A DNA stretch of 64,000 nt from an uncultured Rothia sp. (GCF_963507905.1 NZ_CAUOUU010000009.1:25889-89888); one strand, 5' to 3'; shown: positions 1-9,864, numbered from the stretch's first letter. Numbers and translations are program-made. Notes: generated by a model not told the origin, from the letters alone.

Positions 1-1177
1 GGTCGACGGATACGGTTCCGGGCTTGGCGATGCGCGAGAGGTCGTTGCGTGCCAGGTCGACGAGCATGAGGTGTTCGGAGCGTTCCTTCTGGTCGGCGAG
101 CAGTTCCTCGGCGAGTGCGAGGTCTTCTTCGCGGGTTGCGCCGCGCGGGCGGGAACCGGCGATAGGGTGGGTGCTGGCGATGCCGTCCTTGAGGGTGACG
201 AGCGCCTCCGGGGAGGAGCCGACGATGTGGAAGGGGGTGCCGTTGCTGTCTTCGAAGTTGAAGAGGTACATGTACGGCGAGGGGTTGGACTGGCGCAGTA
301 CACGGTACACGTCGAGTGCCTTGGCGTTGGTTTCGGCTTCGAATCGGCGTGAGAGCACAATCTGGAAGACGTCGCCGTCGATGATGTTCTTCTTGGAGCG
401 GTCGATGGCGTCCTTGAAGCCCTGTTCGCTCCAGGTGAGAGTGACGTCTTCGCGGACCTTACGGTCAACGTCTGCCACGCCGGAGAGAATGGAGGTGGTC
501 GCTGCGGCGCCGCGCTGCAGGCGGCGGAGCATGCTGTGCAGGCGCGCTACTGCGTCCTCGTAGGCGCCGTCGACGTTTTCGCTGGTGCCGTTGAAGTTGA
601 TGGCGTTGGCGACGAGCAGGACGGTGCCATCCTTGTTGTCGTGGATTGCCATGTCGGAGACCATGTTGAGCGCGAATTCAGGCAGGTTCACGTCATCTGC
701 GGGCGGGTAGGGCAGGTGCTCCCAGTGGCGCACGACGTCCCAGCCGAGGTAGCCGACCAGGCCGGAGGTGAGCGGCGGCAGGGTCGGGTCGGGTTCGGTG
801 TAGAGCATCTGCAGGGTCTTGGCGATGGCTTCTACGGGGTCGCCGTCGACGGGTGCGCCGGCGGGGGTGCGGCCCTGCCAGTGGACTGCGCCGTCAACGG
901 TGGTGAGGGTGGAGCGGGAGGATGCGCCGATGAAGGAGTAGCGGTCCCAGGCTGCGGATTCGCCTTCCGCGGAGATTTTGGCGGATTCGAGCAGGAAGGT
1001 GCCGTGGGCTGCTTCGACGGGTTCGCCCTGGTCGTTTTGGAGTACGAGGGATCGGTAGATGCCGATGGGGGTGAGTGAGTCGGCGAGGATTTTGATGTGT
1101 ACGGGAATGACGCGGGTGCTGGCTGCGCGGGCGCGGAATTCTTCGAGGCTGGGGGTGATGGTGCCCAAATCCTGCAT
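1..1177 (-). CDS. trpE: Anthranilate synthase component I (runs off left edge)
   Basis: Read manually on the minus strand: MQDLGTITPSLEEFRARAASTRVIPVHIKILADSLTPIGIY..., later FQIVLSRRF, YMYLFNF and PIAGSRPRG...EKERSEHLMLVDLARNDL. AAGGAG RBS upstream of the ATG at 1177. Confidence 0.92.
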   Translation of the reverse strand, partial: MQDLGTITPSLEEFRARAASTRVIPVHIKILADSLTPIGIYRSLVLQNDQGEPVEAAHGTFLLESAKISAEGESAAWDRYSFIGASSRSTLTTVDGAVHWQGRTPAGAPVDGDPVEAIAKTLQMLYTEPDPTLPPLTSGLVGYLGWDVVRHWEHLPYPPADDVNLPEFALNMVSDMAIHDNKDGTVLLVANAINFNGTSENVDGAYEDAVARLHSMLRRLQRGAAATTSILSGVADVDRKVREDVTLTWSEQGFKDAIDRSKKNIIDGDVFQIVLSRRFEAETNAKALDVYRVLRQSNPSPYMYLFNFEDSNGTPFHIVGSSPEALVTLKDGIASTHPIAGSRPRGATREEDLALAEELLADQKERSEHLMLVDLARNDLSRIAKPGTVSVD

Positions 1178-1470
1178 TGCTGTACTCCTTGTGTTGGGTT
1201 GGGAGCGCGTCGGTGCGCTGTGTCCCTTAGCTGCCGCGCGGGGTTTTACCGGTGCATGAGGGTTTTACCGTATGTGCCGGCGTGTCTATCTGGCGCATAC
1301 ATGCCAGATTCATCACGCCCGATCATGCCTGATAAGGCCCGGTAAGCCCTTTAAGGCCCGGTAAGCCCTGCGCGCGGGTTGTTTCAGTGTAACCGGTACT
1401 GCGGCCCAGTTCCACGGTGAAGAGTCAATAGTTCTCTTCGTGAAACTGAGCCGCGTACCGTTCAGCCGTG

Positions 1471-1947
1471 TTAGTTGCTGAACTGCTTGAGGGTTGCTGC
1501 GGTCTGCAGTGCCGCTGCGGTCGCCTCGTAGCCCTTGTCTTCGTTGGAGCCTTCCAAGCCTGCGCGGTCGAGTGCCTGCTGCTCGTTGTCGCAGGTGAGC
1601 ACGCCGAAACCGATGGGGCGGCCGGTCAGCACGGACACGTCGGTCAGGCCGTTGGTTGCGCCCTGGCAGACGTAGTCGAAGTGGGGGGTGCCGCCGCGGA
1701 TGACCACGCCGAGCGCGACGATGGCGTCGAACTTCTCGGCGAGGCGGGTTGCTGCGACGGGCAGTTCGAAGGTTCCGGGTACGCGCACGAGGGTCGGCTC
1801 GATGCCTGCGTCGCGTGCTGCGCGCTGCGCACCGTCGATGAGGCCGTCCATGACCTGGGTGTGCCAGCTTGCCGCTACGATTGCGAGCTTGAAGCCCTTG
1901 TAGTCTTCGGGGTTGAGGGTGGTGTCTGCTGCGCCTACGCCGCTCAT
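1471..1947 (-). CDS. ribH: 6,7-dimethyl-8-ribityllumazine synthase
   Basis: VPGTFELP and [16 protein letters not shown] motifs; last gene of rib operon. Confidence 0.96.
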   Translation of the reverse strand: MSGVGAADTTLNPEDYKGFKLAIVAASWHTQVMDGLIDGAQRAARDAGIEPTLVRVPGTFELPVAATRLAEKFDAIVALGVVIRGGTPHFDYVCQGATNGLTDVSVLTGRPIGFGVLTCDNEQQALDRAGLEGSNEDKGYEATAAALQTAATLKQFSN

Positions 1948-2035
1948 TGTGTTCTCCTTGTGGGTTTGGGTTTTTGAAAAGTTTAGTGTGCAGGGGTGCC
2001 GCGGGGTTTCTACCCTGCGCCGTTACGGGGCGCCG

Positions 2036-2821
2036 CTACGCGCTTTTGAGCACGTGACGCATACGCTCACGCTTGGTCTGCAGGTAGTGTGCGTTCTCGA
2101 CTCGGGCGGGAATTTCGTCCGGGATGATTTCGGTGACCTGTAGGCCGAGGCTTTCGAGCGCCTCCTGCTTGGCGGGGTTGTTGGTCACGAGCCTCAGCTC
2201 GTTCACGCCGAGTTCCTGCAGGATCAGTGCCGCCTGCGAGTAGTCGCGCATGTCGCCGTCCAGGCCGAGCGCCAGGTTCGCGTCGAGGGTGTCGAGTCCG
2301 GCATCCTGCAGCGCGTAGGCGCGGAGCTTGTTGACCAGTCCGATGCCGCGTCCTTCGTGGTTGCGCACGTAGATGAGGTACCCGCCGGTGCGGCTGAGGA
2401 TGCGCAGGCCGTTCTCCAGCTGGGGGCCGCAATCGCATCGGAAGGAACCGAAAATGTCGCCGGTGGCGCATTCGGAGTGGATGCGTACCGCGGGCACTCC
2501 CCCGTCCTCAGCGGGTACGGGGGTGCCGTCACGGTCGAGGGCGCGGGCGCTGATGTGCTCGGCACCGTCTGCGAATCGCCAGGCGCGCAAACCGAACAGG
2601 CCCTGCGGGGTGGGTACGGCGACCTCTTCGGTGCTTTCGACCAGTAGCGGGCTGGGGTTGGGCACCATGTCGAGGGGGCTGACCCGGTAGCCTTCAGCGA
2701 GCTGGGAGGCGATGCGCAGGGAATCGGCGCTGAGCTCTTCAGCCTGCGCCTCAACCGGCTCGACCGGGGTGCCCGATGCGGAAGTGCCCGGCGTTGCCTG
2801 GGTGTTAGGGGTTTCGCTCAT
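2036..2821 (-). CDS. ribA: GTP cyclohydrolase II (stand-alone, N-terminal extension)
   Basis: VRIHSECATGDIFGSFRCDCGPQL zinc motif, HEGRGIGLVNKLRAY, LVTNNPAK; own AGGAG RBS after the upstream stop. Confidence 0.93.
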   Translation of the reverse strand: MSETPNTQATPGTSASGTPVEPVEAQAEELSADSLRIASQLAEGYRVSPLDMVPNPSPLLVESTEEVAVPTPQGLFGLRAWRFADGAEHISARALDRDGTPVPAEDGGVPAVRIHSECATGDIFGSFRCDCGPQLENGLRILSRTGGYLIYVRNHEGRGIGLVNKLRAYALQDAGLDTLDANLALGLDGDMRDYSQAALILQELGVNELRLVTNNPAKQEALESLGLQVTEIIPDEIPARVENAHYLQTKRERMRHVLKSA

Positions 2822-2829
2822 GCGTTCTC

Positions 2830-4122
2830 CTACGCCTTAGCTACGTACTTGATGAGGTCTTCGATAGAGATCATGGGCAGGTTGTGCTCGGTGGCGAAGG
2901 CGCGCAGGGCGTCGAAACGCATCATGGAGCCGTCGTCGTGCACGACCTCGGCGATAACGCCCACGCCGGACAGGCCCGCCGCGAGGGAGAGCTCCACCGC
3001 GGCCTCGGTGTGGCCGGGGCGCTCCGCCACGCCGCCGTCAACGGCGCGCAGCGGGAAGATGTGGCCCGGGCGGGTAATGTCAGCCGGGGTAGAGGAGGCA
3101 TCCGCGAGGATCTGCACGGTGCGTGCGCGGTCCGCCGCGGAGATGCCGGTGCTCACGCCGGACGCCGCATCGCAAGAGACGGTGTAGGCGGTGCCCTTGG
3201 GGTCCTCGTTGTTGGTGACCATGGGCGGCAGGTTCATCTCGTCGGCACGCTTGTTGCTCAGGGGCGCGCAGACCACGCCGGAGGTGTAGCGAATCATGAA
3301 GCCCATCAGCTCGGGGGTTGCGTGCTCGGCGGCGAAGATGATGTCGCCTTCGTTTTCGCGGTCTTCATCATCAACGACGACCACGGCGCGACCTGCGGCG
3401 ATAGCGTCCACTGCGGTCTGCACACTGTCGAGGACGCTTGCGGCGTCGGCGCGACGCGGCGCAACCTGCTCACCGGAGTGCGCAGAGTCAGCCTGGGGCA
3501 CGCCTGCGAACGCGGTCAGACGCTGCACGTACTTAGCGAGCGCATCGGTCTCAAGGTTCACGCTGTCGCCGACCTTGAGCGCGCCGAGGTTGGTTGCCTT
3601 CAGGGTTTCGGGAATCAGGCCGACCTCGAACCATGCGGGGGTTTCGCCGGGCTCAGATACCGCGGTGACGGTCAGGGACACGCCAGAAACAGCGATGGAG
3701 CCCTTCTCAGCGAGCAGGGGTGCCAGTTCGGTGGGCAGGTTGAAGCGCAGGGTGCTCCACGCCTCGTGCGCGGTGACGGATGCGAGGGTGCCAACCGCAT
3801 CCACGTGGCCCTGCACGACGTGACCGTCGAGGCGGCCACCGGCAGGCAGGCAGCGCTCCAGGTTGACGGTGTCGCCGGGGTTCAGGTTGCCGAGGTTGGT
3901 GCGGCGCAGAGTCTCACCCATGGCGTAGGCGCGGAACTGGCCGGGCTGCAGCTGGTCGAGGTCGATAGCGGTGAGGCATACACCGTTGACGGCGAGGGAT
4001 CCGCCGTGTTCGAGGTCGGCGACGATGTCTCCGGCGTTGAGGGTCAGGTAGGCTGCGTCGCTACCTTCGATGGGGGTGATGGATTCTACGGTGCCGAGGG
4101 CGCCAATGATTCCGGTAAACAT
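2830..4122 (-). CDS. ribE/ribB: Fusion: riboflavin synthase alpha chain + 3,4-dihydroxy-2-butanone 4-phosphate synthase (RibB)
   Basis: Start MFTGII (ATG at 4122), [14 protein letters not shown] and VNLETD in the N-half; [43 protein letters not shown] in the C-half; a single continuous frame. Confidence 0.92.
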   Translation of the reverse strand: MFTGIIGALGTVESITPIEGSDAAYLTLNAGDIVADLEHGGSLAVNGVCLTAIDLDQLQPGQFRAYAMGETLRRTNLGNLNPGDTVNLERCLPAGGRLDGHVVQGHVDAVGTLASVTAHEAWSTLRFNLPTELAPLLAEKGSIAVSGVSLTVTAVSEPGETPAWFEVGLIPETLKATNLGALKVGDSVNLETDALAKYVQRLTAFAGVPQADSAHSGEQVAPRRADAASVLDSVQTAVDAIAAGRAVVVVDDEDRENEGDIIFAAEHATPELMGFMIRYTSGVVCAPLSNKRADEMNLPPMVTNNEDPKGTAYTVSCDAASGVSTGISAADRARTVQILADASSTPADITRPGHIFPLRAVDGGVAERPGHTEAAVELSLAAGLSGVGVIAEVVHDDGSMMRFDALRAFATEHNLPMISIEDLIKYVAKA

Positions 4123-4386
4123 GTGTGCTTTCCTTTTCTCGCCGTGTCCGCCGGGGCGTCGTCGTTGAGGGCGACGGGCGGCGATGGTTTGTTCGTCGGT
4201 ATAACTATACGTATTTTTCGAATATTCCCCGTGACGGGGAGCTTTTGTGCCAGCATGCGAACCAGCCGGCACAAACTAGCCGGGCTCCGGCGGGGGTCCT
4301 TGAGGTACTACTCCCCCGCCCGCGCTCAGCCGAAGGGAGACTAGCCCAAGCGGAGGCTAGTCCAGCCGCGACTAGTCCAGCCTCGG

Positions 4387-5706
4387 CTAATCTAATCTCG
4401 GTTCGGGCGCGTGGCAGGCGTCCAGCTTCGGCAGGGTGCGCCGCTCACCCGGTTCCTGCGCCGTTCCACGAGGTGCCGGCACCAGGTGGGTTGCGGTGTC
4501 GTTGCCGAGCACGCGCACCGCCGGGAACATTCCCAGGTCGTCCAGTTGCAGGCGCGGCGCCTGCGCGAGGGTGTCCACGAGCAGACGGTACACGGCGCTC
4601 TTACCCTGCCCCATGATCATGGGGGCGCGGTACCAGACCATCTCGTCGATGAAGTCTTCACCGGCGAAGAGGCCGACCATGCCGGGGCCGCCCTCAATCA
4701 TGAGGTGCCGCACCCCGCGGGCGTACAGCTCATCGAGCAGTTCGCGCGGGTCGTGGGTGAAGACCTGTAGGAAGTTCTGCGGGTCCGCCTCCACGCCTTC
4801 GGGCGGGTTGAGGCCGCGCACGCGGTAGTTCTCGGTAATCTCGGTTTTGCCCATGACCACGCGCAGCGGCTGCTTCTCGAAGCGTTCCCCGTTGGCGTCG
4901 CGCGCGTCCAGGGTCGGGTCGTCCATGAGGGTGGTTCGGGTGCCGATCATGACGGCGTCGGCGCGGTGACGAATCAGGTGCCCGTCAATGCGCGCGGCGG
5001 GGCCGGTAATCCACTTGCTCGTGCCATCAGCAGCCGCGATGAACCCGTCCAGGGTGGAGGCGCTCTTTGCGGTGATGAAGGGGCGGCGTTCGGCGGCGGC
5101 AATGAACCAGCGCTCATTCAGCAGGTAGGAGGCGTTCGCGAACTCCTCCATGGCGTGCACGGTAACGCCCTGCGAGCGCAGGTAGGCGGCGCCTCCGGCT
5201 GCGTTTTCGGTGTCGTCGCTGTAGGCGTAGTAGAGTTCACTGATGCCCGCCTCAGCGACGGCGTGGGAGCAGGGGCCGGTGCGTCCGGTGTGGTTGCAGG
5301 GCTCGAGGCTCACGTACATGCGCGCGCCGGTGAGGTCGGTTCCCGCGGCACGGGCGGCGGCGAGAGCGTCAGCTTCGGCGTGCGGGGTGCCTGCGCCTCG
5401 GTGGTAGCCCACGTGCAACAGGTGCCCGTGTCTGTCGGTAATAACGGCGCCGACGAGGGGGTTCGCGCCGCGGATGCCCTGGCGTGCCGCCTGCAGCGCC
5501 AGGGTCATGGCGTCTGCGTGGCTGAGCGCCTGCTCGGGGTCGGGCAGCTGGAGGGTGCGTGCGGCGGGCAACCCGGCGAGGTGACCGTACTCCGCGGCGG
5601 AGTAGTCCGCCTCGTTGTGCGGCAGAGGAACGCTCGGGGCAACGGTTACGGGCAGGTGCGCGCTCGCCAGCACCTGTAGCGAGGGGTTCTGCGGCATCTT
5701 ATGCAC
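4387..5706 (-). CDS. ribD: Bifunctional pyrimidine deaminase/reductase RibD
   Basis: NPLVGAV, HAEADAL, SLEPCNHTGRTGPC, SKWITGPAAR, IEGG. Exact start uncertain. Confidence 0.93.
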   Translation of the reverse strand: MHKMPQNPSLQVLASAHLPVTVAPSVPLPHNEADYSAAEYGHLAGLPAARTLQLPDPEQALSHADAMTLALQAARQGIRGANPLVGAVITDRHGHLLHVGYHRGAGTPHAEADALAAARAAGTDLTGARMYVSLEPCNHTGRTGPCSHAVAEAGISELYYAYSDDTENAAGGAAYLRSQGVTVHAMEEFANASYLLNERWFIAAAERRPFITAKSASTLDGFIAAADGTSKWITGPAARIDGHLIRHRADAVMIGTRTTLMDDPTLDARDANGERFEKQPLRVVMGKTEITENYRVRGLNPPEGVEADPQNFLQVFTHDPRELLDELYARGVRHLMIEGGPGMVGLFAGEDFIDEMVWYRAPMIMGQGKSAVYRLLVDTLAQAPRLQLDDLGMFPAVRVLGNDTATHLVPAPRGTAQEPGERRTLPKLDACHAPEPRLD

Positions 5707-6430
5707 GACCCTTCTGTACGTCAGTTACTTCAACGGTCACGTCGGGGAACTGGGTCTGCACCCGAGTCTTCTGCGCCTCCAGGTTGCGGGTGCGCCACCA
5801 GACGAAGAAACCGACGAGGGTGAAGCATCCGTAGAACACGTACATGAGGGAGGTCGCGTAGTAGCCTGCGCTCCACAGCAACGGCACACCGACCAGGTCG
5901 ACGGCAACCCAGATGAGCCAGAATTCAACCCATCCGCGCGCCATACCGTAGGTGGCGAGTAGCGAGCCGGTGAAGATCCAGGCGTCGGACCAGACCGGTT
6001 CGTAGGATCCGAGTGCGCGGAAGATGGGGGTGAGCAGCAGGGTGCCTGCCACCATGGCGACGACCAGGCCTGCACGTTCGGTGTTGGTGGCCCACGTGGG
6101 GATTACCGCGGCACCTTCGGAGGCGTCACCACCGGCGGCACGGGTTGCGCGCCAACGATGCCAACCCCAGATGGACACGGCAATAAACATGATCTGGCGG
6201 CCTGCCTGGCCGAGCATGGTCACGGGGTGCGGGCTGCCGACGAGGGCGCCCAGGAAGACGGTGAGGAGCAGCAGGTTGCCGAGAATGCCGACGGGCCACG
6301 CCCATACTTTGCGTCGCATGCCGCCGAGCGCCGATGCCAGGCCGAATGCGTTTCCGAGAACTTCGCGCACGAGGAGGGACTGGTCCCCCACGTGAATTTG
6401 TGCGTCGAAGAGCCACCGCAAGATGTCCAT
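5699..6430 (-). CDS. pnuX: Riboflavin transporter PnuX/RibM (PnuC family)
   Basis: Hydrophobic multi-TM protein with WAWPVGILGN and EFWLIWVAVDLVGVPL; first gene after the FMN riboswitch; start MDILRWL with GAAAG RBS. Confidence 0.85.
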   Translation of the reverse strand: MDILRWLFDAQIHVGDQSLLVREVLGNAFGLASALGGMRRKVWAWPVGILGNLLLLTVFLGALVGSPHPVTMLGQAGRQIMFIAVSIWGWHRWRATRAAGGDASEGAAVIPTWATNTERAGLVVAMVAGTLLLTPIFRALGSYEPVWSDAWIFTGSLLATYGMARGWVEFWLIWVAVDLVGVPLLWSAGYYATSLMYVFYGCFTLVGFFVWWRTRNLEAQKTRVQTQFPDVTVEVTDVQKGRA

Positions 6431-6865
6431 TGTTTCTTTCCTCTCTGAGTTGGACCGTGTGTCGGATGCGCTGTGTGCGCATCTGCGGCGGCTCCGGGGA
6501 GAGGAACAGAAAAGGGCGGCTACCGCGGGCATCTTAAGCAGTGCCCGGTATCCGTACTGAGGCGGGAGCAACAGATCAGCCAGCCGTGGCTGAAATCAGC
6601 GACTGCGGTCGAGGGGAATAACGTACCGGCACCTTGGAGGCGCCTCTCCCCTGTCGCGCAGAAAACCACTGTACTGAAAACTACTGTGCTGAAAACTACT
6701 GTATTGAAAAGCCCTGTGCTCTCGAGCATTTTTCGCGAGTAGCAGTTCCCTCAAGTAACAGTTTTCGCAAGCAGCAGTTTTCTCTAGCAACTGCTTCAGT
6801 GCACCCTGCGTGCTACCCCGAGGTTTTCGGGAGGTGCGGCGGAGTGCGCTCCTGCCTTTTTCTGC

Positions 6866-7060
6866 TCGTGCTACCTTCCATCCAGACTGTACTGTCGGCA
6901 CCGGATTTTCACCGGTTCGGCCTCTCTTGCGGGCGGGCATCTCTAGCGGAGTCTTGGCGTCCTGCGCGGATGCGAAGATTCGTACGATTTTTGCCTGCCT
7001 GCGAGAGCGGTTCGCGGGCTGTGACCGCCGGTTCGGAATTTCACCGACCCCGGAGCACGA
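6866..7060 (-). ncRNA. FMN riboswitch (RFN element)
   Basis: Minus strand reads GCTCCGGGGTCGGTGAAATTCCGAACCGGCGGTCACAGCCCGCGA...CCGGTGAAAATCCGGTGCCGACAGTACAGTCTGGATGGAAG, the RFN consensus, upstream of rib genes; a CATAAT -10 candidate lies just upstream (~7072-7077). Confidence 0.95.
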
Positions 7061-7393
7061 TGTCGATATCGATTATGCCACAGTGCACGCCGGGGGTTTA
7101 ATTTGTTTTCTCTGGGGTAACTTCCGTGACAAGATGACGTTTTATGACTGTGCCCGCGGTGCGTCTTCAAGTCCCGCTACGCAACTCCCCGCGGTAGTCA
7201 CCCACGGGGCCGCTTCGGAACCCGGTCCTTCATTTTTCGGGGACGATTTATCACGGTTTCATAACGGTGAAGAGCGCCAAACAGACCAAAGAGTTATGAG
7301 GGCCTCCTGGGGGTTACCCAGGGCATATTGAACACCCGTCAATACCTTTATGACAAGGAATTATAACAATAAGGTTAAATTATTGGTTTAAGG

Positions 7394-7423
7394 TTTACTC
7401 CAGGGGTGATTTAAGGTTATTCT
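7394..7423 (+). promoter_or_regulatory. Putative sigma-A promoter (TTTACT-N18-TATTCT) with AT-rich upstream region
   Basis: Hexamers placed so that +1 falls near 7431, the first base of the long stem of the candidate ncRNA. Confidence 0.5.
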
Positions 7424-7430
7424 TATCTAC

Positions 7431-7926
7431 AGGAGCTCCCATCACCGATAAACCGGTTCCGTTGAGAGCTACATGATTCGGACCATCCGAGCACTCACAT
7501 CAAACCCTTAAGCTTCTGCCATTTGAAGCTGGAAAACTGGCCCACGGACTGCATTCCCCGGATGGTTTTCACGCAGCATCTGCGCGTACTGGATTGCGCA
7601 GTATTGCGGCACACGATGTTGATGTGCTTCACCATCGGGAGGCAACCACACCGAATTATTTCTCAACGGAACCGGCGTGGGAGCTCTTCCGAATAAACTT
7701 CCGGAAGATCGCAGGGTATACGCCTTTGTAAACCTCTACGAGGGGCGTTGTGCGTGTCAAACGGTCATAAGCTCCCGTTCTTCTGTCGTCGCCTACCGTG
7801 GTGCGCGATGGGGGTTACGGGAACCTTGCGGGATGGTTGATCCCGCGCGCTCTGCATTGTCTTGTGGAGTGTGGTGTGTTTGGGTGGCGTATTCGCAGTG
7901 CCGGAGCGAATACGCCACCCGTTTTT
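7431..7926 (+). ncRNA. Candidate large structured ncRNA (6S/Ms1-like rod plus 3' hairpins), family unassigned
   Basis: Nested long-range complementarity 7431-7481 with 7651-7688, additional hairpins, upstream promoter, downstream intrinsic terminator, no credible ORF. Confidence 0.6.
7882..7926 (+). terminator. Intrinsic terminator
   Basis: GGGTGGCGTATTCGC-loop-GCGAATACGCCACCC followed by GTTTTT. Confidence 0.8.
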
Positions 7927-8080
7927 AACGCGTAAAACCCTGCCCACCCCAAACTTAGGCGAGCTGCACACGAAACTCAGCCCCAGACCAACCTCATATA
8001 CCCCAGCCCGAGGCGAGCTGACCCGAGAAGGAAATCCCAGACCAACCCCTATCTCAACCAACCCGAGGGATAGGCGACCC

Positions 8081-8375
8081 AGAGGGCGTACCGGACACGC
8101 GAAGCGGGGGCTCCGTCCTCGAAGCGCCCCCAGGCGCTGAAGAGGGGGCACTCCCCCGCGAGTGTTGTCCGGTACAACCTCTCAAACAACTACCCCGCGG
8201 GTAAAACCTCATACGCAAACAGGGTCGCCTACGATAGACATCTATCGCAGGCGACCCCGTTTATTACTAACCCCATAAAGGGCGCGTCGGGAATGCGCGG
8301 CGGGGGCTCCGTCCTCAAGGCGCGCCAGCGCCGCAGAGGGGGCACTCCCCCGCTAGCATTGTCCGACGTGCCCTT
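8081..8375. repeat. Two copies of a ~100-bp palindromic REP-like element (8081-8182, 8278-8375) separated by another hairpin
   Basis: Shared core GCGGGGGCTCCGTCCTC...GAGGGGGCACTCCCCCGC; outer stems differ in sequence but both pair. Confidence 0.75.
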
Positions 8376-8397
8376 CCTATGAGGCAGTCGAAGAGTT

Positions 8398-9669
8398 TTA
8401 GCCCTCTACGGAGCGGAATGCTACAACCGCGTTGTGGCCACCGAAACCGAAGGAGTTCGACAGCGCCACAATCTCGCCGGCGGGCAGCTCGCGTGCCTCG
8501 GTCACCACGTCCAGGTCAATCTGGGGGTCCTTGTTGTCCAGATTGATGGTGCAGGGTGCGGTGCGGTGGTACAGAGCCAGTACGGTCAGCACAGCCTCCA
8601 GGGCACCCGCGCCGCCGAGCAGGTGGCCGGTCATGGACTTGGTTGCGGAGACGGCAATGTTCTTGGTGTGCTCGCCGAAGGTTTCGTGCATTGCGGTTGC
8701 TTCGGGCAGGTCACCAGCGGGGGTGCTGGTGGCGTGCGCGTTGATGTGCACGACGGTCTTCGGGTCGATGTTGCCGTCTTCGAGGGCTTCGCGCAGTGCG
8801 CGGGTTGCGCCGAGTGCTGCGGGGTCCGGTGCGGTGATGTGGTAGGAGTCGGCGGAGACGCCGGTGCCTGCCAGTTCCGCGTAGACGCGTGCGCCGCGTG
8901 CCTTGGCGTGTTCTTCGGATTCGAGGATGAGTGCTGCTGCGCCTTCACCCATGACGAAGCCGTCGCGGTCGACGTCGTAGGGGCGGGATGCCTTTTCGGG
9001 TTCGTCGTTGCGGGAGGAGAGTGCCTGCATCTTGGCGAATGCTGCCATGGGTAGCGGGTGGATTGCTGCTTCGGCGCCGCCGACGATGACGACGTCTGCC
9101 TTGCCGCTGCGGATCATTTCGACGCCGAGTTCCATGGCTTCGGTGGAGGATGCGCATGCGGAGACGACGGTCTGTGCTGCGGCGCGTGCCTTGAGGTTCA
9201 TGGAGACGGCTGCTGCGTTGCCGTTGGGCATGAGCATGGGCACGGTCATGGGGAGGACACGGCGGGGGCCCTTTTCGCGGAGGGTGTCCCATGCGTCGAG
9301 GAGGGTCCACACGCCGCCGATACCGGTACCGAAGGCTACGCCGGTGCGTTCGGGGTCGACTTCTTCTGCGGAGTCGGCGTCGGGGCCGGAGAATCCTGCG
9401 TCTTCCCATGCTTCGCGTGCGGCGATGAGGGCGAGCTGGCCCGAGGGATCCAGGCGCTTTGCTTCTACCTTGGTGAGGCGACCGGATTCGAGGGCGGGTA
9501 CGGCGAGCTGGCCTGCAATGTATACGGGCAGGTCGTATTCCTTGACCCAGGGGTGGTCGAGGGTGGATACACCAGATACGCCCTTGGTGGCGTTTTCCCA
9601 GGTGGTGGGGACGTCGCCGCCAATGGGGGTGGTCGCGCCGAGGCCGGTCACCAGCACTTTTCGAGACAT
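8398..9669 (-). CDS. fabF: 3-oxoacyl-ACP synthase II
   Basis: VSACASS active-site Cys, HINAHATST, GHLLGGAG, SNSFGFGGHN. Confidence 0.96.
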   Translation of the reverse strand: MSRKVLVTGLGATTPIGGDVPTTWENATKGVSGVSTLDHPWVKEYDLPVYIAGQLAVPALESGRLTKVEAKRLDPSGQLALIAAREAWEDAGFSGPDADSAEEVDPERTGVAFGTGIGGVWTLLDAWDTLREKGPRRVLPMTVPMLMPNGNAAAVSMNLKARAAAQTVVSACASSTEAMELGVEMIRSGKADVVIVGGAEAAIHPLPMAAFAKMQALSSRNDEPEKASRPYDVDRDGFVMGEGAAALILESEEHAKARGARVYAELAGTGVSADSYHITAPDPAALGATRALREALEDGNIDPKTVVHINAHATSTPAGDLPEATAMHETFGEHTKNIAVSATKSMTGHLLGGAGALEAVLTVLALYHRTAPCTINLDNKDPQIDLDVVTEARELPAGEIVALSNSFGFGGHNAVVAFRSVEG

Positions 9670-9864
9670 TGTGGCACTTTCTCTTCGGTGGTCGATTTGG
9701 TGGTTTATCCGGTGGTGTGTGGATATAAACCTGTGGGGTCCGGGCTGATACTGCGTGTAGGGAACACCCCTATGGGAGCCCGGAGTGTATTGAAATGAAG
9801 CAGAGTGAATAGCGATGCGGCGCGGGCCGGTGAGAGCCCGCGCCGCCTCGTTATTGGTTATAGC

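Noticed and set aside
1178..1470. trp attenuator leader upstream of trpE
   Set aside because: No leader peptide with tandem Trp codons found; only an 18-bp direct repeat (1333-1369) and a hairpin.
6661..6790. Short repeats as a possible CRISPR array (also 43240-43320)
   Set aside because: Units are ~15 bp, contiguous and degenerate, without unique spacers or cas genes.
7677..8151. ORFs 7677-7928, 7765-8151 and 7862-8140 as proteins
   Set aside because: They overlap hairpins, a terminator and repeats; low-complexity translations with no convincing RBS.
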